Position numbers and translations under genes: made by a program
In this document: piece by piece, positions 1 through 9,175 of the stretch
Position numbering within the stretch: the first letter of the stretch is position 1
How the letters are laid out: every line of letters starts with the position of its first letter
The notes under the pieces: model-generated
The model's input: only the letters and a program-made list of their open reading frames with translations
Databases searched by the model: none
What the model was told of the DNA's origin: nothing
Source of the DNA: Bacteroidota bacterium
GTDB lineage: Bacteria; Bacteroidota; Bacteroidia; Flavobacteriales_D; Crocinitomicaceae
Reading direction: 5' to 3'
Length of the DNA stretch: 64,000 nucleotides
Assembly (NCBI GenBank): GCA_040387295.1
Contig: JAZKEB010000002.1
Location: 140,802 to 204,801, forward strand

Positions 1-916
1 TAAACTGATCCTTCGACAGTTCTTCTTTCAGCCACTGATAAATCGTATCACTCAGTTTTAGCTGTGAAAATGCCTTTCGAACGTTTGTTGAATTTCGTAA
101 GACCGCTTCGATTTTTTCAAGCGTGAGTTGTGGTTTGAAATCAATGGTCAGTCCTTGAAAACCATTGTTTCGAAGTTCACGATTGACGGCATAAGCCGGT
201 TTTCCTTCGATGCCGTAATCGGTAATGACCAAATCGCCTGCTACTGTCAATCCTCCGATTGTAAGGCGACAATTTTTGATGAAATGTCCTTCGAAATTGC
301 TTCTCCAGGTTGATTTTTTTAGTTCCAGTCCTGTATTTCCGGATTGAAACGGAACGGTTTGAATTCCCTTTGCAGTAAACAAATCGAACCACTTTCCATT
401 GGAACCGGTTTTTTTCCAGGAAGCACCGCCCGGTGCAAACACCAGGAAATCGTATGGTAGTTCCTGAATGTCGTTTTTTGATTTTATCCGAACGGTTTTA
501 GCATCAAAATCAACCAATTCTGACCTTAATTGCCAATGAATCGAATCTGTTTCAAGGTGTTTTAACCAAGCCTTGAGCACCTGAATGGGTTTGATTCCTT
601 CGAGTGGAAATACTTTACCGGATGAACCGATGTAGGTTTCGATTCCGATCGTTTTGAGCCAAGATCTGAAATCATCAGGGGTGAATTGCGTAACCCAATC
701 CTGAACGGTTTTACGGTCGTATTTTTCGATGAATGACACTACCGGCTCGGAATGCGTGAGGTTGAAGCCGCCTTCGCCGGCTACGAGAAATTTTCTGCCA
801 ACCGCGGGTTTATGGTCCACGATGGTGATATGAGCGTTGAGATCCCGCAATTGAGTGGCGGCCATGAGGCCGGCAGGACCACCGCCGATGATGATTATTT
901 GGGGGATTTTCGCCAT
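1..916 (-). CDS. TIGR03862/HI0933-family NAD(P)/FAD-dependent flavoprotein; 3' end runs off the window
   Basis: Absent from the ORF track because it has no stop in the window. Manual translation from the ATG at 916 gives MAKIPQIIIIGGGPAGLMAA (GxGxxG FAD motif), then GRKFLVAGEGGFNLTHSE and GIETYIGSSGKVFP, typical of this family. Confidence 0.85.
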   Translation of the reverse strand, partial: MAKIPQIIIIGGGPAGLMAATQLRDLNAHITIVDHKPAVGRKFLVAGEGGFNLTHSEPVVSFIEKYDRKTVQDWVTQFTPDDFRSWLKTIGIETYIGSSGKVFPLEGIKPIQVLKAWLKHLETDSIHWQLRSELVDFDAKTVRIKSKNDIQELPYDFLVFAPGGASWKKTGSNGKWFDLFTAKGIQTVPFQSGNTGLELKKSTWRSNFEGHFIKNCRLTIGGLTVAGDLVITDYGIEGKPAYAVNRELRNNGFQGLTIDFKPQLTLEKIEAVLRNSTNVRKAFSQLKLSDTIYQWLKEELSKDQF

Positions 917-931
917 ATTTCAGTTATTCTA

Positions 932-1003
932 TCTTACTTTTTTCTTGATAAAAAAGTAAGCAAAAAATCAAGGCCATAAGTCCCGATCTTGAGAACTACG
1001 GTT
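932..1003. repeat. Palindromic intergenic repeat (TTACTTTTT-x-AAAAAGTAA family), copy 1
   Basis: Nearly identical to 2351-2425, including the hairpin and the tail CCGATCTTGAGAACTACGGTT. Confidence 0.8.
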
Positions 1004-1172
1004 TGTTAACCTATCTTAACCCAACTCGCAAACGTCATTAACGATCATACTCTTCGCGGATAATCGATGACTGAGCTCAAACAGGGCCTCGATCACGCTT
1101 AACTACACCTTTGTTCTCTTTCGATCGTCACTTAATGCCATTCAGGGTTACAGTACTGAAACCAACGTTTCC

Positions 1173-2336
1173 TTAGTAAACTATCGTGATTTCACTGGCC
1201 AACGCTTTTGCTTTTTCGGTGAGTTCGGCGGCGGAATCGGTGCCGTAAGTCAAGACAACCCCCATTCTGCGATAAGGCCTGGTGGTTGGTTTTCCAAATA
1301 AACGAAGATCGGTTTGCGGCTGGCTCAAAACGGTTGTCAGGCCATCAAAGTGCGGTGCTTTATCCGATTCGCGATCGGCCAGAATAACAGCACTTGCGCC
1401 GTTGCGGAAAAGTTCTATTGTTGGAATCGGCAAACCGAGAATGGCGCGGGCATGCAATTCAAATTCGGACAAATTTTGTGTTCCGGCCAGGGTTACCATT
1501 CCGGTATCGTGTGGTCGTGGCGATAGCTCCGAAAAGTAAGCACCGTCTTGTGTAATGAAAAATTCTACTCCCCATATTCCTGCTCCTCCAAGCGCTTGCG
1601 TCACTTTTCCGGCCATTTCCTGCGCTTCTTTCAAATGAGCGTCTGTCATGGGCATGGGTTGCCAGCTTTCCTGATAATCGCCACGTTCCTGGCGGTGACC
1701 GATAGGCGGACAGAAAAGTGTTGGTCCGTTTTGTTGCGTTACGGTAAGCAAGGTGATTTCGTAATCGAATTTGATGAATTCTTCCACGATTACTTCTTTC
1801 AAATCACCGCGAGAGCCTTCGATGGCGTAGGTCCAGGCTTTGTCAATTTCAGCTTCGGTTTTGATCACCGACTGACCTTTACCCGAACTCGACATGAGCG
1901 GTTTTACCACGCATGGAATACCAATTTCAGCCACTGCTTCACGGAAAGCTTCCAAGGTTGTTGCATACTTATACTTTGCGGTTTTCACTCCGACTTCAAT
2001 GGCCGCCAAATCACGGATTGCCTTGCGGTTCATGGTGAAATTGGCTGCTTTGGCACTCGGGACCACCTGAATTCCATTTGCTTCGTAGTCATAGAAACGT
2101 TCGGTGCGAATGGCTTCAATTTCGGGAACAATCAAATCGGGCTGGTGTTTGGCAACGATGCGATCGAGTGCGTCGCCATCGAGCATATTGATCACTTCAA
2201 ATGAATCGGCCACCTGCATTGCCGGAGCATTTTCATAACTATCCACTGCGATAACGGTTTGACCTAAACGCTGTAGGGCGATTACCACTTCTTTTCCGAG
2301 TTCGCCGGAGCCTAACAAAAGTATTTTTTTCTGCAT
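1173..2336 (-). CDS. purT: Formate-dependent phosphoribosylglycinamide formyltransferase
   Basis: [10 protein letters not shown] start, ATP-grasp [22 protein letters not shown] and RRMGV motifs; 387 aa. Confidence 0.97.
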   Translation of the reverse strand: MQKKILLLGSGELGKEVVIALQRLGQTVIAVDSYENAPAMQVADSFEVINMLDGDALDRIVAKHQPDLIVPEIEAIRTERFYDYEANGIQVVPSAKAANFTMNRKAIRDLAAIEVGVKTAKYKYATTLEAFREAVAEIGIPCVVKPLMSSSGKGQSVIKTEAEIDKAWTYAIEGSRGDLKEVIVEEFIKFDYEITLLTVTQQNGPTLFCPPIGHRQERGDYQESWQPMPMTDAHLKEAQEMAGKVTQALGGAGIWGVEFFITQDGAYFSELSPRPHDTGMVTLAGTQNLSEFELHARAILGLPIPTIELFRNGASAVILADRESDKAPHFDGLTTVLSQPQTDLRLFGKPTTRPYRRMGVVLTYGTDSAAELTEKAKALASEITIVY

Positions 2337-2340
2337 GAGG

Positions 2341-2348
2341 CAAAATTA
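2341..2348 (-). promoter_or_regulatory. Bacteroidota -7 promoter element for purT
   Basis: TAATTTTG (TAnnTTTG) on the minus strand, ending 4 nt before the purT ATG. Confidence 0.6.
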
Positions 2349-2350
2349 GC

Positions 2351-2425
2351 TCTTACTTTTTGTCTTGACACAAAAAGTAAGCAAAAAAGTCAAGGCCGGA
2401 AGTTCCGATCTTGAGAACTACGGTT
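2351..2425. repeat. Palindromic intergenic repeat (TTACTTTTT-x-AAAAAGTAA family), copy 2
   Basis: TCTTACTTTTTGTCTTGACACAAAAAGTAAG hairpin plus a tail shared with 932-1003. Confidence 0.8.
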
Positions 2426-2591
2426 CTGAATGAAACTTTCCAGAAGAATAAATTCTTCACGGCGGACATTTGAAGAAAGCAAGCATAATAGGAGTACAAG
2501 TTATTCGCAAAAACGGCATCTAATTAAACGATGAAAATGGTAGTTTCAAGCGCTGAATCACCTCATTTACCTAAAGGATAATTATAGTATC

Positions 2592-2599
2592 TATCTTTG
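2592..2599 (+). promoter_or_regulatory. -7 promoter element for the VTC/DUF4956 operon
   Basis: TATCTTTG, 30 nt upstream of the ATG at 2630. Confidence 0.55.
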
Positions 2600-2629
2600 T
2601 ATAGTACTTTAACTATATTTGACCGAATC

Positions 2630-3400
2630 ATGAAGGAAACGTTAACAGCTTTATTGCATCAGTTCCATGGCATCAGCCTGGAAGAGCTGTCGCGTGCCCC
2701 ACTTATGAACCGTACCGACGAAAAATTTGCGTTTCACCTGGTTGATCTTCCCGGGATTCTGACAACGATGATGCCTTATTATGATGTCCTCAATATTAAT
2801 GGAAAAGTCATTTTTGCATATACCAGTCAGTATTTCGATAATGAAGAATACCGTTTTTTCAACGATCATCACCGGGCTATTCCAAACCGGTTCAAAGTAC
2901 GCATTCGTACGTACCTTGATACCAATGCTTCCTTTTTGGAAGTAAAAGAAAAGATCAAAGGAAGAACGGATAAGAGACGGATTTCGATCGACGGTTTTAA
3001 ACAAACCTTTGACGGTGAAGCCGAATCCTTTCTAAAAACCCGCCTGCGTGAGTCCATGCATTTGAAACCGGTCATGATCAATAGTTACCGCAGAATCACA
3101 TTGGTGAACAAGACCAGTGAAGAGCGCCTGACGATTGATTTTGACATTACGAATGGCGTGCTGGATGCTCCCGAAATCGATAATCAAAGTTTATCGCAGG
3201 TAGTGATCGCTGAATTGAAGCAACCAAAACTGAACCGCACGTCTCCGTTCTATCAACTCATGAAACAAAAACAAATCCGACCGTTTCGTATCTCCAAATT
3301 TTGTTTCGGTATGATGGATTTGTATGGAAACGATGTGATTAAATCGAATCATTTTAAAACCAAACGATTGTTTATTAAAAAACTAACAAAAAATGCATAG
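2630..3400 (+). CDS. VTC (polyphosphate polymerase) domain protein
   Basis: LMNRTDEKF, YTSQYFD, RFKVRIRTY, FLEVKEK, ERLTIDFD, IAELK and ISKFCFG motifs of the CYTH-like VTC family. The ATG at 2630 is preferred to the track's start at 2597. Confidence 0.85.
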   Translation: MKETLTALLHQFHGISLEELSRAPLMNRTDEKFAFHLVDLPGILTTMMPYYDVLNINGKVIFAYTSQYFDNEEYRFFNDHHRAIPNRFKVRIRTYLDTNASFLEVKEKIKGRTDKRRISIDGFKQTFDGEAESFLKTRLRESMHLKPVMINSYRRITLVNKTSEERLTIDFDITNGVLDAPEIDNQSLSQVVIAELKQPKLNRTSPFYQLMKQKQIRPFRISKFCFGMMDLYGNDVIKSNHFKTKRLFIKKLTKNA

Positions 3401-4085
3401 TATTCTCCTGAAAGCTGACGCCATAAAAGCAGACAACACCTTATTGGGTATCAGCTATTTCAATGATGATTTTTACAGTTTGCTGTTCCGAATGGCGCTG
3501 AACCTGATTGTACTCACCATCCTGATCCGTTTCCTTTATTACCAGAAAGCCAAGCGAAAAGATTACCTGTTTACATACTATCTGATTGGTATGATTACCT
3601 TTTTCCTGTGTTTCGGTTTGAAAAAACTGGACATTGATACGGGAATGGGCCTCGGGCTTTTTGCCATCTTCAGTATTCTTCGCTACAGAACGGAAGGCAT
3701 CGAGATCAAGGAAATGACCTACCTGTTTTTGGTGATCGGTATTTCGGTAGTGAATGCGCTTTCATCCAATAAGATCAGCTTGGCAGAAATGGCGTTGATC
3801 AACGGTGTATTATTGCTGCTTACATTTGGTTTGGAAAATCTTTGGTTATTACGTCACGAAACCCGCAAGGTGATTATCTACGAGCGTATTGACCTGATTA
3901 AACCGGAACGTTACCAGGAATTAATGGCGGATGTACAGGAACGCACCGGATTAAAAATCAATCGTATTGTAGTTGGTAAAGTCGATTTCCTGCGCGATTC
4001 GGCGCAACTGTTGATTTTCTTTGACGGCGATGTACAGCAATTCGGATCACAACCGGATGAAATGCCGTTTCAGAATGATAATTGA
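3393..4085 (+). CDS. DUF4956 domain membrane protein
   Basis: GMGLGLFAIFSILRYRTE and KEMTYLF motifs; overlaps the VTC gene, its usual partner. Confidence 0.85.
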   Translation: MHSILLKADAIKADNTLLGISYFNDDFYSLLFRMALNLIVLTILIRFLYYQKAKRKDYLFTYYLIGMITFFLCFGLKKLDIDTGMGLGLFAIFSILRYRTEGIEIKEMTYLFLVIGISVVNALSSNKISLAEMALINGVLLLLTFGLENLWLLRHETRKVIIYERIDLIKPERYQELMADVQERTGLKINRIVVGKVDFLRDSAQLLIFFDGDVQQFGSQPDEMPFQNDN

Positions 4086-4098
4086 TTGGAATATTAAA

Positions 4099-4140
4099 AT
4101 AAACAAAAAGGTATCGATTAATCGATACCTTTTTGTTTAT
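4099..4140. terminator. Perfect 42-bp palindrome, probably a bidirectional terminator
   Basis: ATAAACAAAAAGGTATCGATT|AATCGATACCTTTTTGTTTAT, between convergent genes. Confidence 0.75.
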
Positions 4141-4142
4141 GT

Positions 4143-4176
4143 AATGTTGAAAAACGATTAATCGTTTTTCAACATT
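4143..4176. repeat. Second perfect palindrome (34 bp)
   Basis: AATGTTGAAAAACGATT|AATCGTTTTTCAACATT. Confidence 0.75.
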
Positions 4177-4177
4177 T

Positions 4178-4202
4178 GGCGCGGGATGCGTCCCGCGCCT
4201 AC
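4178..4202 (-). repeat. GTAG-type REP (family 1)
   Basis: The minus strand reads GTAG-GCGCGGGA-CGCA-TCCCGCGCC; similar copies at 31058, 34526 and 55076. Confidence 0.8.
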
Positions 4203-4972
4203 GGTTGTTTTAAATGAATGGTAACTCCGAATTTCAGGTTAAACGAATGCGCTTTGTGGATGTAATCCTGTTGATCGTCGTAGGTACTGGTGAGGTTCCA
4301 AACCCAACTTGGCAATACATACAACGATGTGTTTTTATTCAACCGCCACTGAAAACCGGCAGAGGCAATCAGCCCCATCCCGAATTCGTTGAATCCTTCC
4401 TTGCCTTTCAGGGTTTCTTCTTCGGCTGATCCAAGCGTACTATTCCATTTTTGTTCCTGGCGAAAACCTGCCAGCAATTGCGGCTGGATTCCTCCACCAG
4501 CGAAAATTCGCAGATCTTTTCCATAGGTGAAAAACACCTGAATGGGCATGGCGTAATAGGAATAACGCGACGTATAACTAAAAGTGCTATCCGAGTTGGG
4601 ATCATCGTATTCGTAGCTTTCCCCGAAACGATCCAGGGCAAAACCGGCGTCGTAGGACACAAATTTACTCACTCTGTTACGCACACCCAACTGGAACGAC
4701 CAGGCTTTTAAACCCGTTTCATCTGCACGCGCACCGAGCGGAGCTCCAAAAGGCTCTTTATTTGATTCAAGGTTGCGATTGGCATATACTCTTCCGGCTC
4801 CCAAATAAAAAGCAAATTCATCCAGTCCTTCTGTCGGAACACGGCGCGCTTTGGGTGGTTCTTCTTCCTCAATAGGCGTTTTCTCTTCCACTTTTCCGGT
4901 GGAAATCTGACCTGTAACCGGCAGGGTAACTACAATAAATCCTGCGAGTACCAACTGTTTGAATAAATCCAT
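4199..4972 (-). CDS. Outer-membrane beta-barrel protein (PorT/OmpA-like)
   Basis: Signal peptide, alternating aromatic strands, C-terminal FNLKFGVTIHL. ATG at 4972 preferred. Confidence 0.65.
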   Translation of the reverse strand: MDLFKQLVLAGFIVVTLPVTGQISTGKVEEKTPIEEEEPPKARRVPTEGLDEFAFYLGAGRVYANRNLESNKEPFGAPLGARADETGLKAWSFQLGVRNRVSKFVSYDAGFALDRFGESYEYDDPNSDSTFSYTSRYSYYAMPIQVFFTYGKDLRIFAGGGIQPQLLAGFRQEQKWNSTLGSAEEETLKGKEGFNEFGMGLIASAGFQWRLNKNTSLYVLPSWVWNLTSTYDDQQDYIHKAHSFNLKFGVTIHLKQP

Positions 4973-5056
4973 TATTTTAGCGTTTGATATAACCTTTCCA
5001 CAAAAGCGGGAAAGCAACATTAGTCACAAATTTCGTAATCCTTAACAAACTCAGCA

Positions 5057-7954
5057 ATGGCAGCAAAAGAAAAAAAGGTAAAAAAGAAAAAAAGCTGGTT
5101 TCGCCGCATCTTGAAATGGTTTGCATATACCATTCTGTTTCTCATTGCAGCCATCATCATCATTCCGATTGTTTTCAAAGATGAAATCAAGGAAATGGTG
5201 TTGGATGAAGTGAATACCATGCTGAAAGCCGATGTTGAAATCAAAGACTTCGACCTTACTTTTCTCAGTACGTTTCCTAATGTTACCATTCAATTGTATG
5301 ATGTCTCGGTAACAGGTAGAACGGAATTCAAAGGCGTTAAGTTGGCGGAAATCAAACAAATTGAAGCACATGTAGGTTTGTGGGATGTTATTGGTGGCGA
5401 TCAGATCGAAATCGATGAAGTACACGTGACCGATGCTACGTTTGACGTGCGTGTGGCTCCGGATGGAAAAGCGAACTATGATATCGTCATTCCTACCGAA
5501 GAATTACCGGCCGATAAGCAGGAAGAACCTTCCAATTTCAAGCTTTCGTTGCAGGAATACTCGCTTTCGAATGTCAACCTGGTGTATGACGATCAGGCTG
5601 GAGATATGTACGCGAAGATCAAAAACCTCAACCATACCGGAAGCGGTGATTTAACAGCTGATGTGATTGATTTCGTTACTTCTACCACCATTGATGAAAT
5701 GACGTACGAAATGGAAGGTCTGAGTTATTTATCGAAAGTGAAAACCAAAGCAGATGCTACGCTTTTGATAGAATTCACTGAAACGACTTCTAAATTCACG
5801 TTGAAAGAAAACAACTTCGAGTTGAATAATTTTCACTTCGGCATCGATGGTTTCTATGAAATGCTGGCCGATCACGATCAAATGGATTTGAAACTGAACG
5901 CGAAAGAAATTACGTTCAAAGATCTATTGTCGCTGGTTCCTAGTTTCTACCAATCGGGCTATGAAAGTATGATTGCCAAAGGAAACGTGAAAATGGGTGG
6001 TCAGGTGAAAGGCCGGATGGATGACAAAAGTATGCCGGGCTGGGATTTCGGCCTTGACGTGAACAAAGCATCCATCAAATACCCCGATCTTCCGGGAACC
6101 ATCAGCAATATCACCGTTAAAGCAGGATCGAAATTTGCCGGTGGCGAAAACCTCGATAAAATGACCTTGGACGTGGATAAATTCCACGCTGATTTCGTTG
6201 GAAACGTGATCGACGCACGCCTGAAAATGCGCAATCCGCTCACCGATCCGCTGTTGGATTCAAAACTAATGGCGAAAATCAACCTGGCTACTCTGGGTAA
6301 AGTAATGCCCTTGGCGGAAGGTGAATCGTATAAAGGAAAACTCAACGCCGATGTTGTTGTGAACGGTCGAATGAGCGCTCTGGAACGCGAAGATTACGAA
6401 GCGTTCAAAGCACTCGGAACCTTGGAATTGTTCGACATGCTTTATAAAAGCAAAGATTTGAACGAGGATATTGCCATTTCTAGCATGGTCTTCCGTTTCA
6501 GTCCGCAAAACCTGTCGCTTGAAAAACTGAATGCCACGATGGGTAAAAGCGACTTTGCTATGACCGGAACCATCGACAACTACATGGGTTATATTTTCAG
6601 AGACGAATTGTTGAAAGGCGATTTCACGTTCAACAGTAATAATCTGGATCTGGACCAGTTGATGGGAACCACGGGAAGTCCGGCGGCTTCGTCAGGTGAT
6701 GCGCCTGCTGCTGCAGCTTCAAGTGAAGAAGGCGAACCGTTCCTGATTCCGGAAAATGTGGATTTCAACCTCAATACATCGATCAAAAAGATCAAGTACA
6801 ACGGAATCGACGTGAACAATGTAAACGGAAACGTCAACATGAAAGAAGAAGTGGCTTCGCTCAACAACATGACCATGCAAACCATGGGTGGTACGGTTGG
6901 TTTGAAAGGAAGTTACAATACCAAAGACCACAACAAACCGGGTATCGATTTCGGGTACAACCTGAAAGACATCGATATTCAAACGTTGGCGAAAAACTTT
7001 GTGAGTATTGATAAACTGGCACCGATAGCCAAGTACACGAAAGGTAAGATTTCGTCGAATCTGGATATGAAATCGTCGTTGACGAAGAACCTGGAGCCGA
7101 TTTACTCTTCCCTGACAGGTGGTGGTGACTTGTTTACCAATATGGTGACCATTTCAGGCTTTGAGCCGTTGACGAAACTAGGCGAGGAATTGAAAATCAA
7201 TAAACTAGCCAATCAGACGATCAAAGACGTGAAAGCCAAGTTCAAGTTTACCGATGGAAAAGTGGTTTTGAGTCCTTTCAACGTGATGATGTCGGGCATC
7301 GACACACGGGTGGAAGGTTCTACTTCATTTGAACAAGCAATTGATTACAAAATGACGATGAACATTCCGAAGGAAATGATTCCGGCGGGGATGATCAAAC
7401 TGGCCGAACAAGGCTTGTCGAAAGTAAATGGTGTGGTTCCGAAACTGAATGTGGGAAGTATTCCGGATGTAATCCCAGTGAAAGCATTGGTTGGCGGAAC
7501 AGTGATGAAACCGAAAATCACGACTGACTTCAAAGACGCTTTGCTGAAAGCAACCGGTAATTTCAAAGACGATTTGATGGACAAAGGCAAAGAACTGGTT
7601 GACAAAGCGAAAGATTCCATCAAAGGAATCGTGAATGACAAGGTTGATGAAGTAAAAGAAGACCTGAATGCTAAAAAACAGGAGATTCTTGACAAAGCAC
7701 AAAAAGAGGCTGACAAGGTGAAATCGGAAGCGAAAAAACTCGCCGATCAGGCACGTCAGGAAGGTGAAAATGCCTGTGATGCAGCTTACAAAGAAGCAGG
7801 CAGTAATCCGATTAAGAAAAAAGCAGCTGATGTGTCGTGTAAACAAGCAAAGAAAACTGCTGAAAATAAAGCCAAAAAGATCGAAGATGAAGCCCAGGAA
7901 AAAGCCGACGGTATTATGTCGAAGGCACGGGAAAAGGCAGATCAGGTGAAATAA
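5057..7954 (+). CDS. AsmA-family (AsmA-like C-terminal domain) lipid-transport protein
   Basis: 965 aa; basic N-terminus plus TM anchor, repeated beta-taco segments, A/K-rich helical tail. Confidence 0.8.
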   Translation: MAAKEKKVKKKKSWFRRILKWFAYTILFLIAAIIIIPIVFKDEIKEMVLDEVNTMLKADVEIKDFDLTFLSTFPNVTIQLYDVSVTGRTEFKGVKLAEIKQIEAHVGLWDVIGGDQIEIDEVHVTDATFDVRVAPDGKANYDIVIPTEELPADKQEEPSNFKLSLQEYSLSNVNLVYDDQAGDMYAKIKNLNHTGSGDLTADVIDFVTSTTIDEMTYEMEGLSYLSKVKTKADATLLIEFTETTSKFTLKENNFELNNFHFGIDGFYEMLADHDQMDLKLNAKEITFKDLLSLVPSFYQSGYESMIAKGNVKMGGQVKGRMDDKSMPGWDFGLDVNKASIKYPDLPGTISNITVKAGSKFAGGENLDKMTLDVDKFHADFVGNVIDARLKMRNPLTDPLLDSKLMAKINLATLGKVMPLAEGESYKGKLNADVVVNGRMSALEREDYEAFKALGTLELFDMLYKSKDLNEDIAISSMVFRFSPQNLSLEKLNATMGKSDFAMTGTIDNYMGYIFRDELLKGDFTFNSNNLDLDQLMGTTGSPAASSGDAPAAAASSEEGEPFLIPENVDFNLNTSIKKIKYNGIDVNNVNGNVNMKEEVASLNNMTMQTMGGTVGLKGSYNTKDHNKPGIDFGYNLKDIDIQTLAKNFVSIDKLAPIAKYTKGKISSNLDMKSSLTKNLEPIYSSLTGGGDLFTNMVTISGFEPLTKLGEELKINKLANQTIKDVKAKFKFTDGKVVLSPFNVMMSGIDTRVEGSTSFEQAIDYKMTMNIPKEMIPAGMIKLAEQGLSKVNGVVPKLNVGSIPDVIPVKALVGGTVMKPKITTDFKDALLKATGNFKDDLMDKGKELVDKAKDSIKGIVNDKVDEVKEDLNAKKQEILDKAQKEADKVKSEAKKLADQARQEGENACDAAYKEAGSNPIKKKAADVSCKQAKKTAENKAKKIEDEAQEKADGIMSKAREKADQVK

Positions 7955-8023
7955 CAACAGTGTTGGTTGTGGGGTCGCGTCAGCCTAAGGCTGATCTCGA
8001 ACAGACAGCCAATCACAAAATAT

Positions 8024-8099
8024 AAAACAAACAGGCTCGGGATGCGTCCCGAGCCTGTTTGTTTTGGTAAAAAAGGTCGCGATAAAATCGCTACCCAAC
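8024..8099. terminator. REP-derived bidirectional terminator plus a family-2 REP
   Basis: AAAACAAACAGGCTCGGGA-TGCG-TCCCGAGCCTGTTTGTTTT (8024-8065), then GGTCGCGATAAAATCGCTACCCAAC (8075-8099), between convergent genes. Confidence 0.7.
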
Positions 8100-8101
8100 G
8101 A

Positions 8102-8962
8102 TTACATTGTTCGGGTCATACCATTCGGAACCACGAGAATAAAATCAGCCTTTTGCAGATACTCTTTTTCCAGTTTTTTCAGGTCGTCTTGTGTCACGGT
8201 TGAAATGGTAATCACCTTCACTTCCGGTTTTGATTGCTGCAGGTACCAGACAATGCTTTGATGAAAATCGCTATGGTACGAACCGTTGAGGTGCAGGAAA
8301 TGGGTTCCTTCCTTCCAATTTTCAATCATCGAATAAGCCATTGTAGCATCTTTGATCGCTTGCGAAAGCGCAAAATTCAACCCGCTGGCGTGCATTTCTT
8401 TCCCCATTTGAATGAGTTCCTTATACTGCGAAAGTGTTGTGTCGATTGGAAAAGGCAGCGGACACATCCATTTTTTCTCGGCTTCGGAAATCGAATCGAG
8501 CGAGATCAATCCTCTTTTAAAAACACGCGAAGCATACGAACGAGGAATGTTGGTAGCAATGTATGGAATCTTATTGTCGCGGGCATAGGCGAGCAACGGC
8601 AAATAGTCGGAACTAAAATTCGACCACATTTTGGAAGAATCCTGTAGTGTTTTTTCATTCCATTCACCGCTCAGGAAACGATTGACTGCCGCTTGCTGAT
8701 TGCGTTCAAACATTTCGGCGCCCAGTTTAAAGTCCGCTCCGTGTTTCGTAAACAACTCCTGCGCCAGCAGGTTTTGCATCCAATGCGCAATCGGATCGTC
8801 GTGTAATTCTCCAAAAAAAACTACATCAGCTGGCAATGACGCTTTCACTACCTTTTCGAATGAAACCGGTTTGCCGGAAGCCGTAAACCATTGATATGCC
8901 TGGGGTGATTGTGCCAGCAAACGGAATGATGCCAGCAATAATGTAACGAGTAGAATTTTCAT
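8102..8962 (-). CDS. ChaN/EreA-like family protein (putative haem/iron uptake)
   Basis: VVFFGELHD, GAEMFER, IATNIPR, KDATMA and NGSYHSD motifs; signal peptide from the ATG at 8962. Confidence 0.8.
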   Translation of the reverse strand: MKILLVTLLLASFRLLAQSPQAYQWFTASGKPVSFEKVVKASLPADVVFFGELHDDPIAHWMQNLLAQELFTKHGADFKLGAEMFERNQQAAVNRFLSGEWNEKTLQDSSKMWSNFSSDYLPLLAYARDNKIPYIATNIPRSYASRVFKRGLISLDSISEAEKKWMCPLPFPIDTTLSQYKELIQMGKEMHASGLNFALSQAIKDATMAYSMIENWKEGTHFLHLNGSYHSDFHQSIVWYLQQSKPEVKVITISTVTQDDLKKLEKEYLQKADFILVVPNGMTRTM

Positions 8963-9175
8963 AATAGATTGAATCAAATCGATGCTAAGATAAAACAAAG
9001 TGGTGTTAACCCGAATTCGATTTCAGGATATACCCTGAAGAAGCTATTCCCTTCACACTTTATTTTGCCCCAGATCGCACAGATTTTCACAGATACAACT
9101 CACGAATAACATATGATACCAACCTTTCGTCTATTTTGGTGTGCATTTGCTCGAAATGATGTTTATTTTTGTATC

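Noticed and set aside
128-979. Short track ORFs 128..313, 177..392 and 752..979
   Set aside because: They are shadows of the real minus-strand flavoprotein frame starting at 916.
1548-2204. 218-aa plus-strand ORF
   Set aside because: Antisense to purT, with no motifs.
7325-7957. 210-aa Phe-rich minus-strand ORF
   Set aside because: Antisense reading of the Lys/Glu-rich AsmA tail.
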